Below are positions 51,688 to 60,793 of a stretch of DNA of 64,000 nucleotides, piece by piece (positions within the stretch are counted from its first letter, which is position 1; every line of letters begins with the position of its first letter). Source of the DNA: an uncultured Acidobacteriota bacterium (lineage in GTDB: Bacteria; Acidobacteriota; Thermoanaerobaculia; Multivoradales; UBA5704); contig OY969474.1 of assembly GCA_963700145.1 (NCBI GenBank), positions 2,144,001 through 2,208,000 on the forward strand, read 5' to 3'. A model generated the notes under the pieces. The model searched no databases and was not told where the DNA came from. It saw only the letters and a list, made by a program, of their open reading frames with translations. The translations under genes were made by a program, and so were the position numbers.

Positions 51688-52026
51688 TCATGCGTAGGTG
51701 CCGTCGCGGAGCTGCTCGAAGATCGTCAAGACGTCCTCGAACTCGCCGCGCTGGATCTTGTCCGCGGGTGTCTCACCCTGCAGCAGCCGATGAGGAGAGA
51801 AGAGCCAGAGTTTCGCCTCTTCCGGGGTATAGAACTGCGCCAGCTCGTCCATCAGCCATTCGAGGGTGAGCAGGCGCTTCAACCGATCCCGCTGCGGCTC
51901 GACCCTGCCGGTGCTCCACCGCGAAACGGTTTCCGGCGTCGTGTCGAGGAGCTGTGCCACGTCCCGGCTCCTGATTCCACCCAGGGTCTTGATCCGGTCC
52001 AGGCGGGCGGCGAGAGGAGTCGGCAT
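51688..52026 (-). CDS. Xre/MbcA-like antitoxin
   Basis: HTH RDVAQLLDTTPETVSRW followed by AKLWLFSPHRLLQGETP. Confidence 0.88.
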   Translation of the reverse strand: MPTPLAARLDRIKTLGGIRSRDVAQLLDTTPETVSRWSTGRVEPQRDRLKRLLTLEWLMDELAQFYTPEEAKLWLFSPHRLLQGETPADKIQRGEFEDVLTIFEQLRDGTYA

Positions 52027-52033
52027 AGTCAGC

Positions 52034-52079
52034 TTGACACGTCTGTTGACAGTGTCGTTGACGAAACGACCGATGTCAA
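52034..52079. promoter_or_regulatory. Probable Xre operator array
   Basis: TTGAC at 52034, 52046 and 52058 (12-nt period) plus inverted GTCAA at 52075, directly upstream of the antitoxin start. Confidence 0.5.
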
Positions 52080-52159
52080 GGGAGCTTGGGCCGGGCTTCG
52101 TCCCATCTACGGGGCGCCGGTGTAACTACCTTGTAGAGATTCCTGAAAGGAGCGGTCCC

Positions 52160-52837
52160 ATGAGCCTGGAACACTTCCACGTCTACGAGGTGCAGAAGGT
52201 CGACGTACCCGTCGCTCTCGCCCTGACCGACCAGTTCGATCCGGCCGCCAAGGACGGGAAGCTGGAGACGCTGACCCATTTCGCCAACCCCGCCCGCAAG
52301 ATCCACGGCGGCGGAAAGTTCGGCATCGACTACCCCGAGCGGCACCTCACCTTCTACACCCTCAAGCAGGCGCAGCCCGAGCCGCGCCGCACGGTGCGCT
52401 TCCGCAACCAGTTCGGGCAGCACAGCGTCGACATCCGGGACCCGAGCTTCCTGCTGGTCCCGACCCAGAAGACCAGCGCCGGCCACCCCTTCCCCGACTC
52501 GCTCGACCACTACAAGTGCTACGAGGTCGTCCAGGTCAACACGGCGCCGCCGCCGCCGGTGGTGGAGATCGGCGACCAGTTCGGCCTACGGCAGAACGTG
52601 CAGGTGGGCCAGCCGCGTTACTTCTGCACCCCCGTCAAGAAGGAGCGGGAGGGCGAGAAGCCGACGCCGATCCAGAACGACGTCGATCACCTCGCGATCT
52701 ACGACCTGCCGCCGCAGGCGCAGCAGGTGTCGATCAAGACGACGGACCAGTTCGGTGACCACGAGCTGGACGTCCTCCAGAGTGTCCTGCTGATCGTGCC
52801 GACCGAGAAGCAGGTCGTGGTGGCGCACGAGAATTAG
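52160..52837 (+). CDS. Paralog of 50018-50767 lacking a signal peptide
   Basis: Shares EPRRTVRFRNQFGQHSVDI, LDHYKCYEV and VPTEKQV; AAAGGAG SD. Confidence 0.82.
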   Translation: MSLEHFHVYEVQKVDVPVALALTDQFDPAAKDGKLETLTHFANPARKIHGGGKFGIDYPERHLTFYTLKQAQPEPRRTVRFRNQFGQHSVDIRDPSFLLVPTQKTSAGHPFPDSLDHYKCYEVVQVNTAPPPPVVEIGDQFGLRQNVQVGQPRYFCTPVKKEREGEKPTPIQNDVDHLAIYDLPPQAQQVSIKTTDQFGDHELDVLQSVLLIVPTEKQVVVAHEN

Positions 52838-54429
52838 GACGAGCCCCAGGGCCGCGAGATGACGCAGGCGTTGATGCCGCCGACGCCCATGGAGAGCTTG
52901 CCGACCGGGCCCTGGGGGGCGGGGCAGGCCTGGTCGAAGACGAAGCGGTCGTGGACGCCGGCGATCTCGCGGTTGAGCTCGTCGCGCGCCAAGGGGGTGG
53001 GGAAGATCTTGCCGCGCTCGTAGCCCAGGTACTGGGCGGTCAGCTCCCAGCCGCCGCAGGCGCCCATGCCGTGGCCGAAGGTGCCCTTGCGGGCGGTGAC
53101 CAGGACGCGGTCGGAGAGCGCCGAGCGCAGGTTGTCGACCTCCAGGTAGTCGCCCGGGGTGGCGGTGGCGTGGAGGTCCCAGGAGACGACCTCCTCGGGG
53201 GCGACCTCGGCGCCGGCGAGGGCCTGCTCGATGGCGGCGAGCGGCCCCTCGCGCGAGGGGGTGATGATGTGGTCGGCGTCCGAGGAGACGCCGACGGTCA
53301 GCGGTTCGAGCCCCAGCGGCTTGAAGCCGCGTGCCGCCATGTGCTCGACCTCGCCGACGATCCAGATGGCCGCCCCGCCGGCGACGTGGGTGCCGCGCAG
53401 GCCGGTCAGGGGCTTCGAGACCGTGCCGTCGGCGGCGATCACCCGCGCGCTGTGGAAGGCGGCCACGACGAGCGGGTGCGGCGGCCCCTCGCTGGCGCCG
53501 ATGACGACCGCCTTGGCCTCGCCGCGGCGGATGGCGTCCATGGCGCACTTGAGCGTCAGGCCGAAGGTCGAGCAGGCGCCGACCGGCGCGTAGGCGAGGC
53601 CGGTGATCCGCCCGAGCATCGAGATCTGCGCCGCCGGCGTGTTGTGGATGTTCCACAGGACGTTGGCCGAGACCTGCCGCCAGGGGGGGTCGGGCGCTTC
53701 CCACTTCCGCTGCAGCTGGCCGTAGAGGCGCTGCTTCTGCTTCATCACCCGGAGCTTGCCGGACTCGACCTGCCCCTCGACGGTCAGCGACTCGATCTTC
53801 TGCAGCTCCTCGAGGTAGGCGGCGAGGTCGGGCGAGCGCGCCGCCCAGTGGTGCCACCAAGCGTCCTCGGCCTCCAGGCGCTCGCCGTCGGGCACGGCGT
53901 CGGGCGCGATCGGCACCTCCGGGTCGGGGTCGCCGCCCGCCCCGAGCGCCGCCAGGTAGTCGCGCAGCGGCGGGTTGCGCTCGGGGTCCGCCCAGAAGCG
54001 GTCCCAGCGGCGCTGCGCGCGGTAGAGGCGGAGCGAGGAGGCGTGGAGGGTGTGGACGTTGCCGATGCCGGTGCCGATGTAGACGTGGGCTTCCTGGCGC
54101 AGGCGCGTCAGCTCCTCCTCGATCCCCGGGTTCTGCCCCAGGGCCTGGACGAAGGCGCCGATGGCGTACAGAGTGAGGGGGTCCATCTTCTCCTGGAGCT
54201 GGCTGAAGCGGCTGGGCGGGAAGCGCTCCTCGATCCAGCCCTTGTAGACGGAGAAGTCGAACTCCGGCGTGCCGACCAGGAAGTTGGCCGGCCCGAAGCC
54301 CTGGAAGGGGGCGAGCCAGCTCGCCGAGCACTCCAGGTTCTTGGCGAAGGCCTCGACGTCGGGCGAGCGGGGGGCCACGACGCCCCAGCCGTAGACGCCG
54401 ACCCGCTTCAGCTCTCCAGGGGGGGGCAC
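52834..54429 (-). CDS. Beta-ketoacyl synthase (FabF/FabB-like) with a large insertion
   Basis: GACSTFG (Cys), DLHATAT (His), KGTFGHGMGA (His) and MGVGGINA motifs. Confidence 0.85.
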   Translation of the reverse strand: MPPPGELKRVGVYGWGVVAPRSPDVEAFAKNLECSASWLAPFQGFGPANFLVGTPEFDFSVYKGWIEERFPPSRFSQLQEKMDPLTLYAIGAFVQALGQNPGIEEELTRLRQEAHVYIGTGIGNVHTLHASSLRLYRAQRRWDRFWADPERNPPLRDYLAALGAGGDPDPEVPIAPDAVPDGERLEAEDAWWHHWAARSPDLAAYLEELQKIESLTVEGQVESGKLRVMKQKQRLYGQLQRKWEAPDPPWRQVSANVLWNIHNTPAAQISMLGRITGLAYAPVGACSTFGLTLKCAMDAIRRGEAKAVVIGASEGPPHPLVVAAFHSARVIAADGTVSKPLTGLRGTHVAGGAAIWIVGEVEHMAARGFKPLGLEPLTVGVSSDADHIITPSREGPLAAIEQALAGAEVAPEEVVSWDLHATATPGDYLEVDNLRSALSDRVLVTARKGTFGHGMGACGGWELTAQYLGYERGKIFPTPLARDELNREIAGVHDRFVFDQACPAPQGPVGKLSMGVGGINACVISRPWGSS

Positions 54430-54507
54430 CGGGGTATTCTAGAGGAGCCGCGGGCGGCACCGAATTTGCCTGGTGCGCTCCACGAGGCCGTGCAGCGGGC
54501 GGGTGCC

Positions 54508-56145
54508 ATGTCCGAAAGCCGTTCCATCACCGACGATCTGGAGCTCCTCTTGGGGGTGATCCCGCCGGCCATCCGCGGCGGCATCGAGCGCCAGGGGGAG
54601 CTGGGCGAGCTGATCGAGGTCGTCCTCGACCTGGGGCGCCTACCCGAGGCACGCTTCCCCGGCCGGGCGGCGGACGTCGGCTCGGCGCCGGTCTCGCGGC
54701 AGGACATCGAGTACGTCGTCGAGCGGGTGGGGAGCTTCGGCAAGGACAACCGCGCCGGCATCGAGCGCACGCTCCACCGCGTCTCGGCCCTGCGCAACCG
54801 GGTGGGCGACGCGATCGGCCTGACCTGCCGGGTGGGGCGCGCGGTCTACGGCACGGTGGACATCCTGCGCGACGTCATCGAGGCCGGCGACTCGATCCTG
54901 CTGCTCGGTCGCCCGGGGGTGGGCAAGACGACGCTGCTGCGCGAGGCGGCGCGGGTCCTGGCCGACGAGCTGGGCAAGCGCGTCGTCGTCGTCGACACCT
55001 CGAACGAGATCGCCGGCGACGGCGACATCCCTCACCCCGGCATCGGCCGCGCCCGGCGGATGCAGGTGCCCGCTCCCGAGCTCCAGCACGCGGTGATGAT
55101 CGAGGCGGTCGAGAACCACATGCCGGAGGTCATCGTCATCGACGAGATCGGCACCACCGCCGAGGCGCTCGCCGCGCGCACCATCGCCGAGCGCGGCGTG
55201 CAGCTCATCGCCACCGCCCACGGCAACACGCTCGAAAACCTCCTCCAGAACCCCACCCTCTCCGACCTCGTGGGCGGCGTCCAGGCGGTGACCCTGTCGG
55301 ACGAGGAGGCGCGGCGCCGCGGCACGCAGAAGACGGTGCTCGAGCGGCGGGCGCCGCCGACCTTCGAGCGGCTGATCGAGATCCAGGACAAGGACCGGCT
55401 GGCGGTGCACCACGACGTGGCGGAGGTGGTGGACCGCTTCCTGCGCGACATCCCGCCGCGGCCGGAGATCCGGGTGCGCCTGGCGGACGGCGCGGTCGAG
55501 ATCCAGCGGCCGGCGGCGGCGGGCTTCGGCGCGCGCGCGGGGGAGCGGGCGCGGGAGCGGATGCGATCGGCCGCCGGCGGCAACGGCCGCGGGCGGCGGG
55601 AGCGCGCCGAGCCCGCCCCGCGCGTCGAACGGGAGTTGCCGATCGCCCGCCCGGAGCTGCTGCCGGCGCCGCCGCCGCGCCCCCCCGGCAAGACGCCGCG
55701 CATCTACACCTACGCCGTCTCGCGCAGCAAGCTCGAGCGGGCGCTCAAGAAGTACCGCGTCCCGGCGCTCGTCACCCACGACCTCGACGAGGCGGACATG
55801 GTGCTGACTTTGAAGTCGCAGGAGCGGCGGCAGCCGCGCAAGCTCCGCGAGCTGATCGCGAGCGGCGTGGCTCTCCATATCGCCCGCAGCAACACCGTCA
55901 CCCAGCTCGAGAACTTCGTCCGCAACGCCTTCGACGTCGGCGACGTCCTGGCCGACGAGGAGGCGGCGCTGCGCGAGGTCGAGGAGGCGGTCGACGAGGT
56001 CCTGGAGGAGGGCCGCCCGGTCGAGCTCCCCCCGCGCGGCAACCACTTCCGCCGCCTCCAGCACGAAGCCGCCAACCGCCGCGGCCTCTCCTCCGAGAGC
56101 AAGGGCGAAGAGCCCTACCGGCGGGTCGTCATCTACCCCGGCTGA
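54508..56145 (+). CDS. Ycf45/SpoIIIAA-like AAA ATPase with a C-terminal R3H domain
   Basis: GRPGVGKTT, VDTSNEIAG, VIDEIG, ATAHG and RRLQH...SESKGEEPYRRV motifs. Confidence 0.9.
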   Translation: MSESRSITDDLELLLGVIPPAIRGGIERQGELGELIEVVLDLGRLPEARFPGRAADVGSAPVSRQDIEYVVERVGSFGKDNRAGIERTLHRVSALRNRVGDAIGLTCRVGRAVYGTVDILRDVIEAGDSILLLGRPGVGKTTLLREAARVLADELGKRVVVVDTSNEIAGDGDIPHPGIGRARRMQVPAPELQHAVMIEAVENHMPEVIVIDEIGTTAEALAARTIAERGVQLIATAHGNTLENLLQNPTLSDLVGGVQAVTLSDEEARRRGTQKTVLERRAPPTFERLIEIQDKDRLAVHHDVAEVVDRFLRDIPPRPEIRVRLADGAVEIQRPAAAGFGARAGERARERMRSAAGGNGRGRRERAEPAPRVERELPIARPELLPAPPPRPPGKTPRIYTYAVSRSKLERALKKYRVPALVTHDLDEADMVLTLKSQERRQPRKLRELIASGVALHIARSNTVTQLENFVRNAFDVGDVLADEEAALREVEEAVDEVLEEGRPVELPPRGNHFRRLQHEAANRRGLSSESKGEEPYRRVVIYPG

Positions 56146-56418
56146 GGGCCGGCTCTTCCCCAGCGCCCGTTACTGCCGCCGCCGCCAGAAATCCGGGCCG
56201 TCTGCGCGGATGGGCGACCGCGAGGATGAGGACCGATTCCGGATCACGCCGGTAGACGAGCGAGTAAGGGAACCGCTGCACCAGCATCCGTCGACGTTCA
56301 ATCCGACCGGTGAGCCGGCGTCGGGATGCTCGCGAATGAGATTGTGGTTCGAGTGACTTCGGCGGCGAAGGATTTGCCGAGGCCCACGACGCGGGATTCG
56401 TGAACGAGGCCGCTTCGG

Positions 56419-57875
56419 GGGGATGCCCCGTTCCCTGTTGAAAGCCGAAAGAGGGAAAGCGGCTCGGTTGATCATGCCACGGCCTTGGTGTTCGTCGGTT
56501 CCTCGATCGCCGCGAGCGCGAGCTCGAGAGCCCCGAGGTGCCGATGTCCCTTGACACGCCGGAAGCCAGCCTCCGCGTCACACAGCGCCAGGGCGACCCA
56601 GCGCAGCACCATGTCGCCGCCGCGCCAGCGCTTGACGTTGCGCGTCGTCGTACGGATCGAGCCGATCGTGTTCTCGATCGCGTTGGTCGAGGCGAGCAAC
56701 CGGCGCAGAGCGTCGGGCAGCTTCAGCCGCAAGGCGGTGAGGGTCTCGTCGAGGCCCTCGCGCAGGCTGCCCGCGGCGCCCGCGTGGCCTGCGTGCTCGA
56801 GCCAGCGGGCAAGCTGCTCGAGGCGACGCTTGGCGAGGTCGAAGCGAGCGCTCTGGTAGGCCTCGACCATCAGGCGGTCGACCCGGGCTTGGAGCTGCTT
56901 GGGCAGGTGGTCGCGGACGTTGCGGCGCTTGTGGAGCTGGCAGCGCTGGACGTGGGTTGCGTCCCCGAAGACGGCGCGCACGGCCTTGCGCAGCCCCTTG
57001 CCGCCGTCGAGCACCGCCAAGAAGCGCGGCGGCATCGCGAGGCCTCGCTCCAACAGCTCCTGGAGCAGGCCGGTACAGAGCGCCGCGTTCTCCGTCGCGC
57101 CTTCACGCAGGCCGAGCACCCGCTTGGTCCCGTCGCGCGCGATGCCGAGTGCCACCACCAGGGTGTGGCCGGCCACCTCCAGCCCGTCGATCATCAGGAT
57201 CAGGGGCTGGAAGTCCGACAGGTCTCGGCGCAGCCACGCGTCCAGCAGACGACGCGTCCCCGCCACCAGCCGGCGCTGGACCGCACTCTTGCTCGTCGCG
57301 CGCTCCGGCACCGACTCTGCGAGCGGCTCCAAGCTCCGACCGTAGCGGCGCTACGAGACGCCGACCAGCGCCTGCTCGATCACCCGCTCCGTGAAGGGAT
57401 CTTCGTCCTGAAAGGCGCGCACCGAAGGCAAGCTCATCTCGCCACCGTCGCGTCGCCGGACGCGCGGTCGCGGCAGCGCCACCTGGCGGCCACCCAGCAC
57501 GAACTCGCTCGCCGTCGAGCCCCAGCGGTACGCCTCGCGGGTCGGATTGCGCCGACGCTTCGGACCGACGACGGCCTCGACCTCGTCCGCGAGCTGCCGC
57601 CCCAGGGCCTCGACGCCCGCGGCGTGAAACAGCTCCAGCAGCCCCTGGCGGCTGGCCTCGATGCCCTCGACCATCGGCCGCAGCAGCGCTTGTAGCCCGT
57701 GGCTGATGCGCGCCGCACGGCCCCCTTGCCACACCACCCGCCTTTCTGCTCTCGTCTTCATCACGGCTCCTTGGCCCCCTGGCGGGGCCGGTTATTCGAC
57801 CAACCCGATTCTCGATCAGGTGGGCCGAGGAGCCGCCTTCACCTCATTGCTTTCAACAGCGGGAGGGACAACCCC
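56419..57875 (-). mobile_element. IS256-family insertion sequence (1457 bp) with a 9-bp target-site duplication
   Basis: Imperfect 27-bp inverted repeats GGGG(A/T)TG...CTGTTGAAAGC; CCGCTTCGG duplicated at 56410-56418 and 57876-57884. Confidence 0.93.
56472..57764 (-). pseudogene. IS256 transposase with one in-frame TAG
   Basis: GVS*RRYGRSLEP with TAG at 57351-57353; motifs IDG, LDGGKGL, QRCQLHKRRN and STNAIE. Confidence 0.88.
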
Positions 57876-57922
57876 CCGCTTCGGCGAGCTCGGCCTCCGC
57901 CTCGGGATGGAACGAGTAGGGA

Positions 57923-58130
57923 TCACCCGAGGCGGCGGCGCAGCTGCTCGATGACCTCGTCCCCGGGGATGAGCTGGACCTCTCCGCGCTCGATCTCAGC
58001 GGCCCGCCGTTCGATCTCGAGCCGCCACGCCGGCATCGGCCGGGCCGTCGAGCGATTCGATCAACGCGAGCGCCAGCGCTGCGCGCTCGGTGTCGGAGAG
58101 CTTAGAGGCTCTCTACTTGACTCGCTGGAG
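57923..58130 (-). pseudogene. Addiction-module antitoxin remnant
   Basis: KLSDTERAALALALIESLD, frameshift, then WRLEIERRAAEIERGEVQLIPGDEV. Confidence 0.75.
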
Positions 58131-58146
58131 TCTATGTCTATCAGCG

Positions 58147-58722
58147 CTACGGCACCCGCTCGACTGCTCGCGGAAGAACTTCCCAGGCGGCGACAAGCAG
58201 CTGTTGATGTACCGGGTGACATAGACCCCGGCGACGGACTTCTACTCGCGGACCCAACCTGAGACCGATTACTTCGCGTGCAATGACTTCGAAGGCCTTG
58301 AGAAGTGGCGTCAAGCTGATCTGTGGAGGCACATGCTCATAACCGATAACCACTGCTGCCTTCCGCTCGACTCCGTCTAGCTCCTCGAGCTTCAGACAAT
58401 CACCGATCACGCTCACATTCCCCCCGTATGGGTGGAGCAGGTTGACCGACCAGTTCTCGGCCTCCTTGCCGTTATCACCGAAGGGGCGAGCAACTTTGAA
58501 TTCAAAAGCCCACTGACCCGGCAACAACATGTCCGGCTTCCTCTTGGTTCTAATCGCACCAGCGTATGCAGAAAGGGTATTGAGGTGATCGGCCACGGCA
58601 TGAAGGAGCTGTGGCTCCCCGTACGGACCTACGCCAGGTTGAAAATGCTTGAAGGCGACGCCGCAGGCATCCACCGCGACCAGCGCCTCGGCGACATCGT
58701 CCACAACTTGCTCGAGCTCCAT
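58147..58722 (-). CDS. Hypothetical lower-GC protein with a PD-(D/E)XK-like motif
   Basis: KPDMLLPGQWAFEFKVARP...IGDCLKL. Confidence 0.55.
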   Translation of the reverse strand: MELEQVVDDVAEALVAVDACGVAFKHFQPGVGPYGEPQLLHAVADHLNTLSAYAGAIRTKRKPDMLLPGQWAFEFKVARPFGDNGKEAENWSVNLLHPYGGNVSVIGDCLKLEELDGVERKAAVVIGYEHVPPQISLTPLLKAFEVIAREVIGLRLGPRVEVRRRGLCHPVHQQLLVAAWEVLPRAVERVP

Positions 58723-58761
58723 TTGTTATCTCTCAAGAAGAGCCATGCCGCCCTGCTGCGA

Positions 58762-58975
58762 TTACACTCCTGCTGCGTCCTCCACTTCCTGCTGCGGCGG
58801 CACCGGGAACTTTTCACTGACGCCGCCTTTTTCGACGTCGGTCTGCACCGCTGCGTTGGCTGCGTAGAGCTCCAGCTCCTGGCGGAACTCGGTCGAGTAG
58901 ATGTCGAGGACGGCGAGGAAGAGAGCGGCGATGACTGGGCCGACGATGAAGCCGATGGGGCCGAAGTCGGCCACG
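58762..58975 (-). pseudogene. Diverged duplicate of the 3' end of the AI-2E transporter gene
   Basis: FGPIGFIVGPVIAALFLAVLDIYSTEFRQELEL...PVPPQQE matches about 59560-59770. Confidence 0.92.
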
Positions 58976-58977
58976 TC

Positions 58978-59223
58978 TCAGGCGCGGGCGGTTTCCGGTG
59001 CGTAGCGCAAGACCATGAGTTGGTCGGGACGGAGCCCGAGCGAAGCGTAGGTTCGCCCGTCCCGATCCGAGAACTCGACCTCGACCGCGGCGCCGCCGGC
59101 GAGGATGTCGACGACAGTGCCTACCTGGCCCCGCCGGAGATGCGCCTCGGGCAGGTCGACAGCCAAAGCGACGACTTCCAGAAGCTGGATTGGATCTTCC
59201 ATCCGGGATGTCTCTGCGCTCAT
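58978..59223 (-). CDS. DUF4926-family protein (putative antitoxin/immunity)
   Basis: LLEVVALAVDLP...LRRGQVGTVVDIL...EVEFSDRDGRTYA. Confidence 0.85.
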   Translation of the reverse strand: MSAETSRMEDPIQLLEVVALAVDLPEAHLRRGQVGTVVDILAGGAAVEVEFSDRDGRTYASLGLRPDQLMVLRYAPETARA

Positions 59224-59552
59224 AGCACGTAGCAGCTGGTCAGTCGTGGAACATTCGAGCCGTGCTCCAGGATCCAACCGCTGCGAATTATCGCATGCCT
59301 TTCGCGCCACTCGATGGACACGTCGAGCGTGAAGCGCTGCCCGTAGCGATCTCGGTATCCAAGCTCGACGTCAGTGGTATGGACGGCTTTCAGGAGAAAG
59401 CCGCGCAAGGCCTCGGCATCATCCGCGGTCATTCCCAGAGCGGACGCAAAGACCCGCGCCTTGTGCTTGCCCTCCGGATGCAGTGGATCGAGGCAGTACT
59501 CGCGGAGCTTGCGCAAGTCCACTTCAGCGCGTTCCGCATAGGGAAGCCTCAT
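59220..59552 (-). CDS. DUF6883-like putative toxin
   Basis: KLREYCLDPLHPEGKHKARVFASALG...SGWI...PRLTSCYV; ATGA-coupled on both sides. Confidence 0.8.
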   Translation of the reverse strand: MRLPYAERAEVDLRKLREYCLDPLHPEGKHKARVFASALGMTADDAEALRGFLLKAVHTTDVELGYRDRYGQRFTLDVSIEWRERHAIIRSGWILEHGSNVPRLTSCYVL

Positions 59553-60718
59553 CCAGTGGTTGCGCCGCCCGTCACGTCCTCGATCTCCTGCTGCGGCGGC
59601 ACCGGCGAGCGCTGGCTGACGCCGCCTTTCTCGACCGCCTTCTGCACCGCCGGGTCGGCGGTGAAGAGCTCCAGCTCCTGGCGGAACTCGGTCGAGTAGA
59701 TGTCGAGGACGGCGAGGAAGAGGGCGGCGATGACCGGGCCGACGATGAAGCCCATGGGGCCGAAGGTGGCGATGCCGCCTAGGGTCGAGAAGAAGACCAT
59801 CAGGTCGTGCATGCCCGACTCCTGCCCCACCAGGCGCGGGCGGATCAGGTTGTCGAGCTGGCTCACCACCGCGACCGAGACGATCAGGATGCCGATGCCG
59901 CGGCCGACGTTGCCGCTGAGGATCTGGATCAGCCCCGCCGGCACCAGCACCACCCAGGCGCCGGCCATCGGGATGATGGCGAAGATCACCGCCACCACCG
60001 CCCAGAGGATCGCCGAGCCGACGCCGAAGGCCCAGAGGGTGATGCCGGTGGCGACCCCCTGGATCAGCGCGATCACCAGCGTCCCCCGGATCGTCGCCCG
60101 CGCCACCGACCTGAAGCGGGCGATGATCGCGTTCTCGTAGGGCTCCGACAGCGGGATCAGGTACTTCACGCGCTCGACCAGCCGCGGGCCGTCGCGGAAG
60201 AAGTAGAACATCGTGAACATCGTCGTGAAGAGGACGAGCAGGATGTGGAAGGTGCTGCGGTAGGTGCCGCGGATCACCACCGCCAGGAAGCCGCCGGCGT
60301 TCTGCGCCGCCTGACGCGCGGTCGCCATCCAGTCCACCTCGTCGAGCCCGAGGCGCCGCGCCCAGGGCTGGCGGAGGATGCGGTTGGGGATGCTGTCCGG
60401 CCCCGCCTCGAGCGCTACGCGCACCTCCTCTTCGATCGAGCGGTAGAAGTCGATCGCCTCGCGGGTGACGAGGTTGGCCACCAGGTAGATCGGGAGGATC
60501 AGCAGCCCCAGCAGCAGGAAGCAGCAGAGCAGCGAGGCGAAGCCGCGACGCCCGCGCAGGAGCTGCACGAGACGCGAGTAGAAGGGGTAGAAGAGGCTGG
60601 CAAAGACCGCCGCCAGCAGCACCGGTAGCGCGAAGAGCCGCACCATGTAGAAGAAGACGACCACCGTCAGCACCAGGGCGGCGATGAAGAAGGAGCGGCT
60701 CAGCTTGCGTTGGGGCAC
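59549..60718 (-). CDS. AI-2E (UPF0118) family transporter
   Basis: FYFFRDG, IIPMAGAWVV, LDNLIRPRLVG and FGPMGFIVGP motifs. Confidence 0.92.
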   Translation of the reverse strand: MPQRKLSRSFFIAALVLTVVVFFYMVRLFALPVLLAAVFASLFYPFYSRLVQLLRGRRGFASLLCCFLLLGLLILPIYLVANLVTREAIDFYRSIEEEVRVALEAGPDSIPNRILRQPWARRLGLDEVDWMATARQAAQNAGGFLAVVIRGTYRSTFHILLVLFTTMFTMFYFFRDGPRLVERVKYLIPLSEPYENAIIARFRSVARATIRGTLVIALIQGVATGITLWAFGVGSAILWAVVAVIFAIIPMAGAWVVLVPAGLIQILSGNVGRGIGILIVSVAVVSQLDNLIRPRLVGQESGMHDLMVFFSTLGGIATFGPMGFIVGPVIAALFLAVLDIYSTEFRQELELFTADPAVQKAVEKGGVSQRSPVPPQQEIEDVTGGATTG

Positions 60719-60793
60719 GGCACCATTGTGGCACGTCCGCCGCGGGGGAGCGGGCGAAAATGGCCCGTGGCTTGCACCGGGCCAGAGGCCGAC

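Larger units (their letters stand above)
56170..57926 (-). pseudogene. RelE/ParE-family toxin, frameshifted and split by IS256
   Basis: YSFHPEAEAELAEA before the IS; RRMLVQRFPYSLVY...ILAVAH.RRRPG after it. Confidence 0.8.

Noticed and set aside
57351-57353. Pyrrolysine recoding of the IS256 TAG
   Set aside because: No pyl genes are visible and TAG is used as a normal stop throughout the window.
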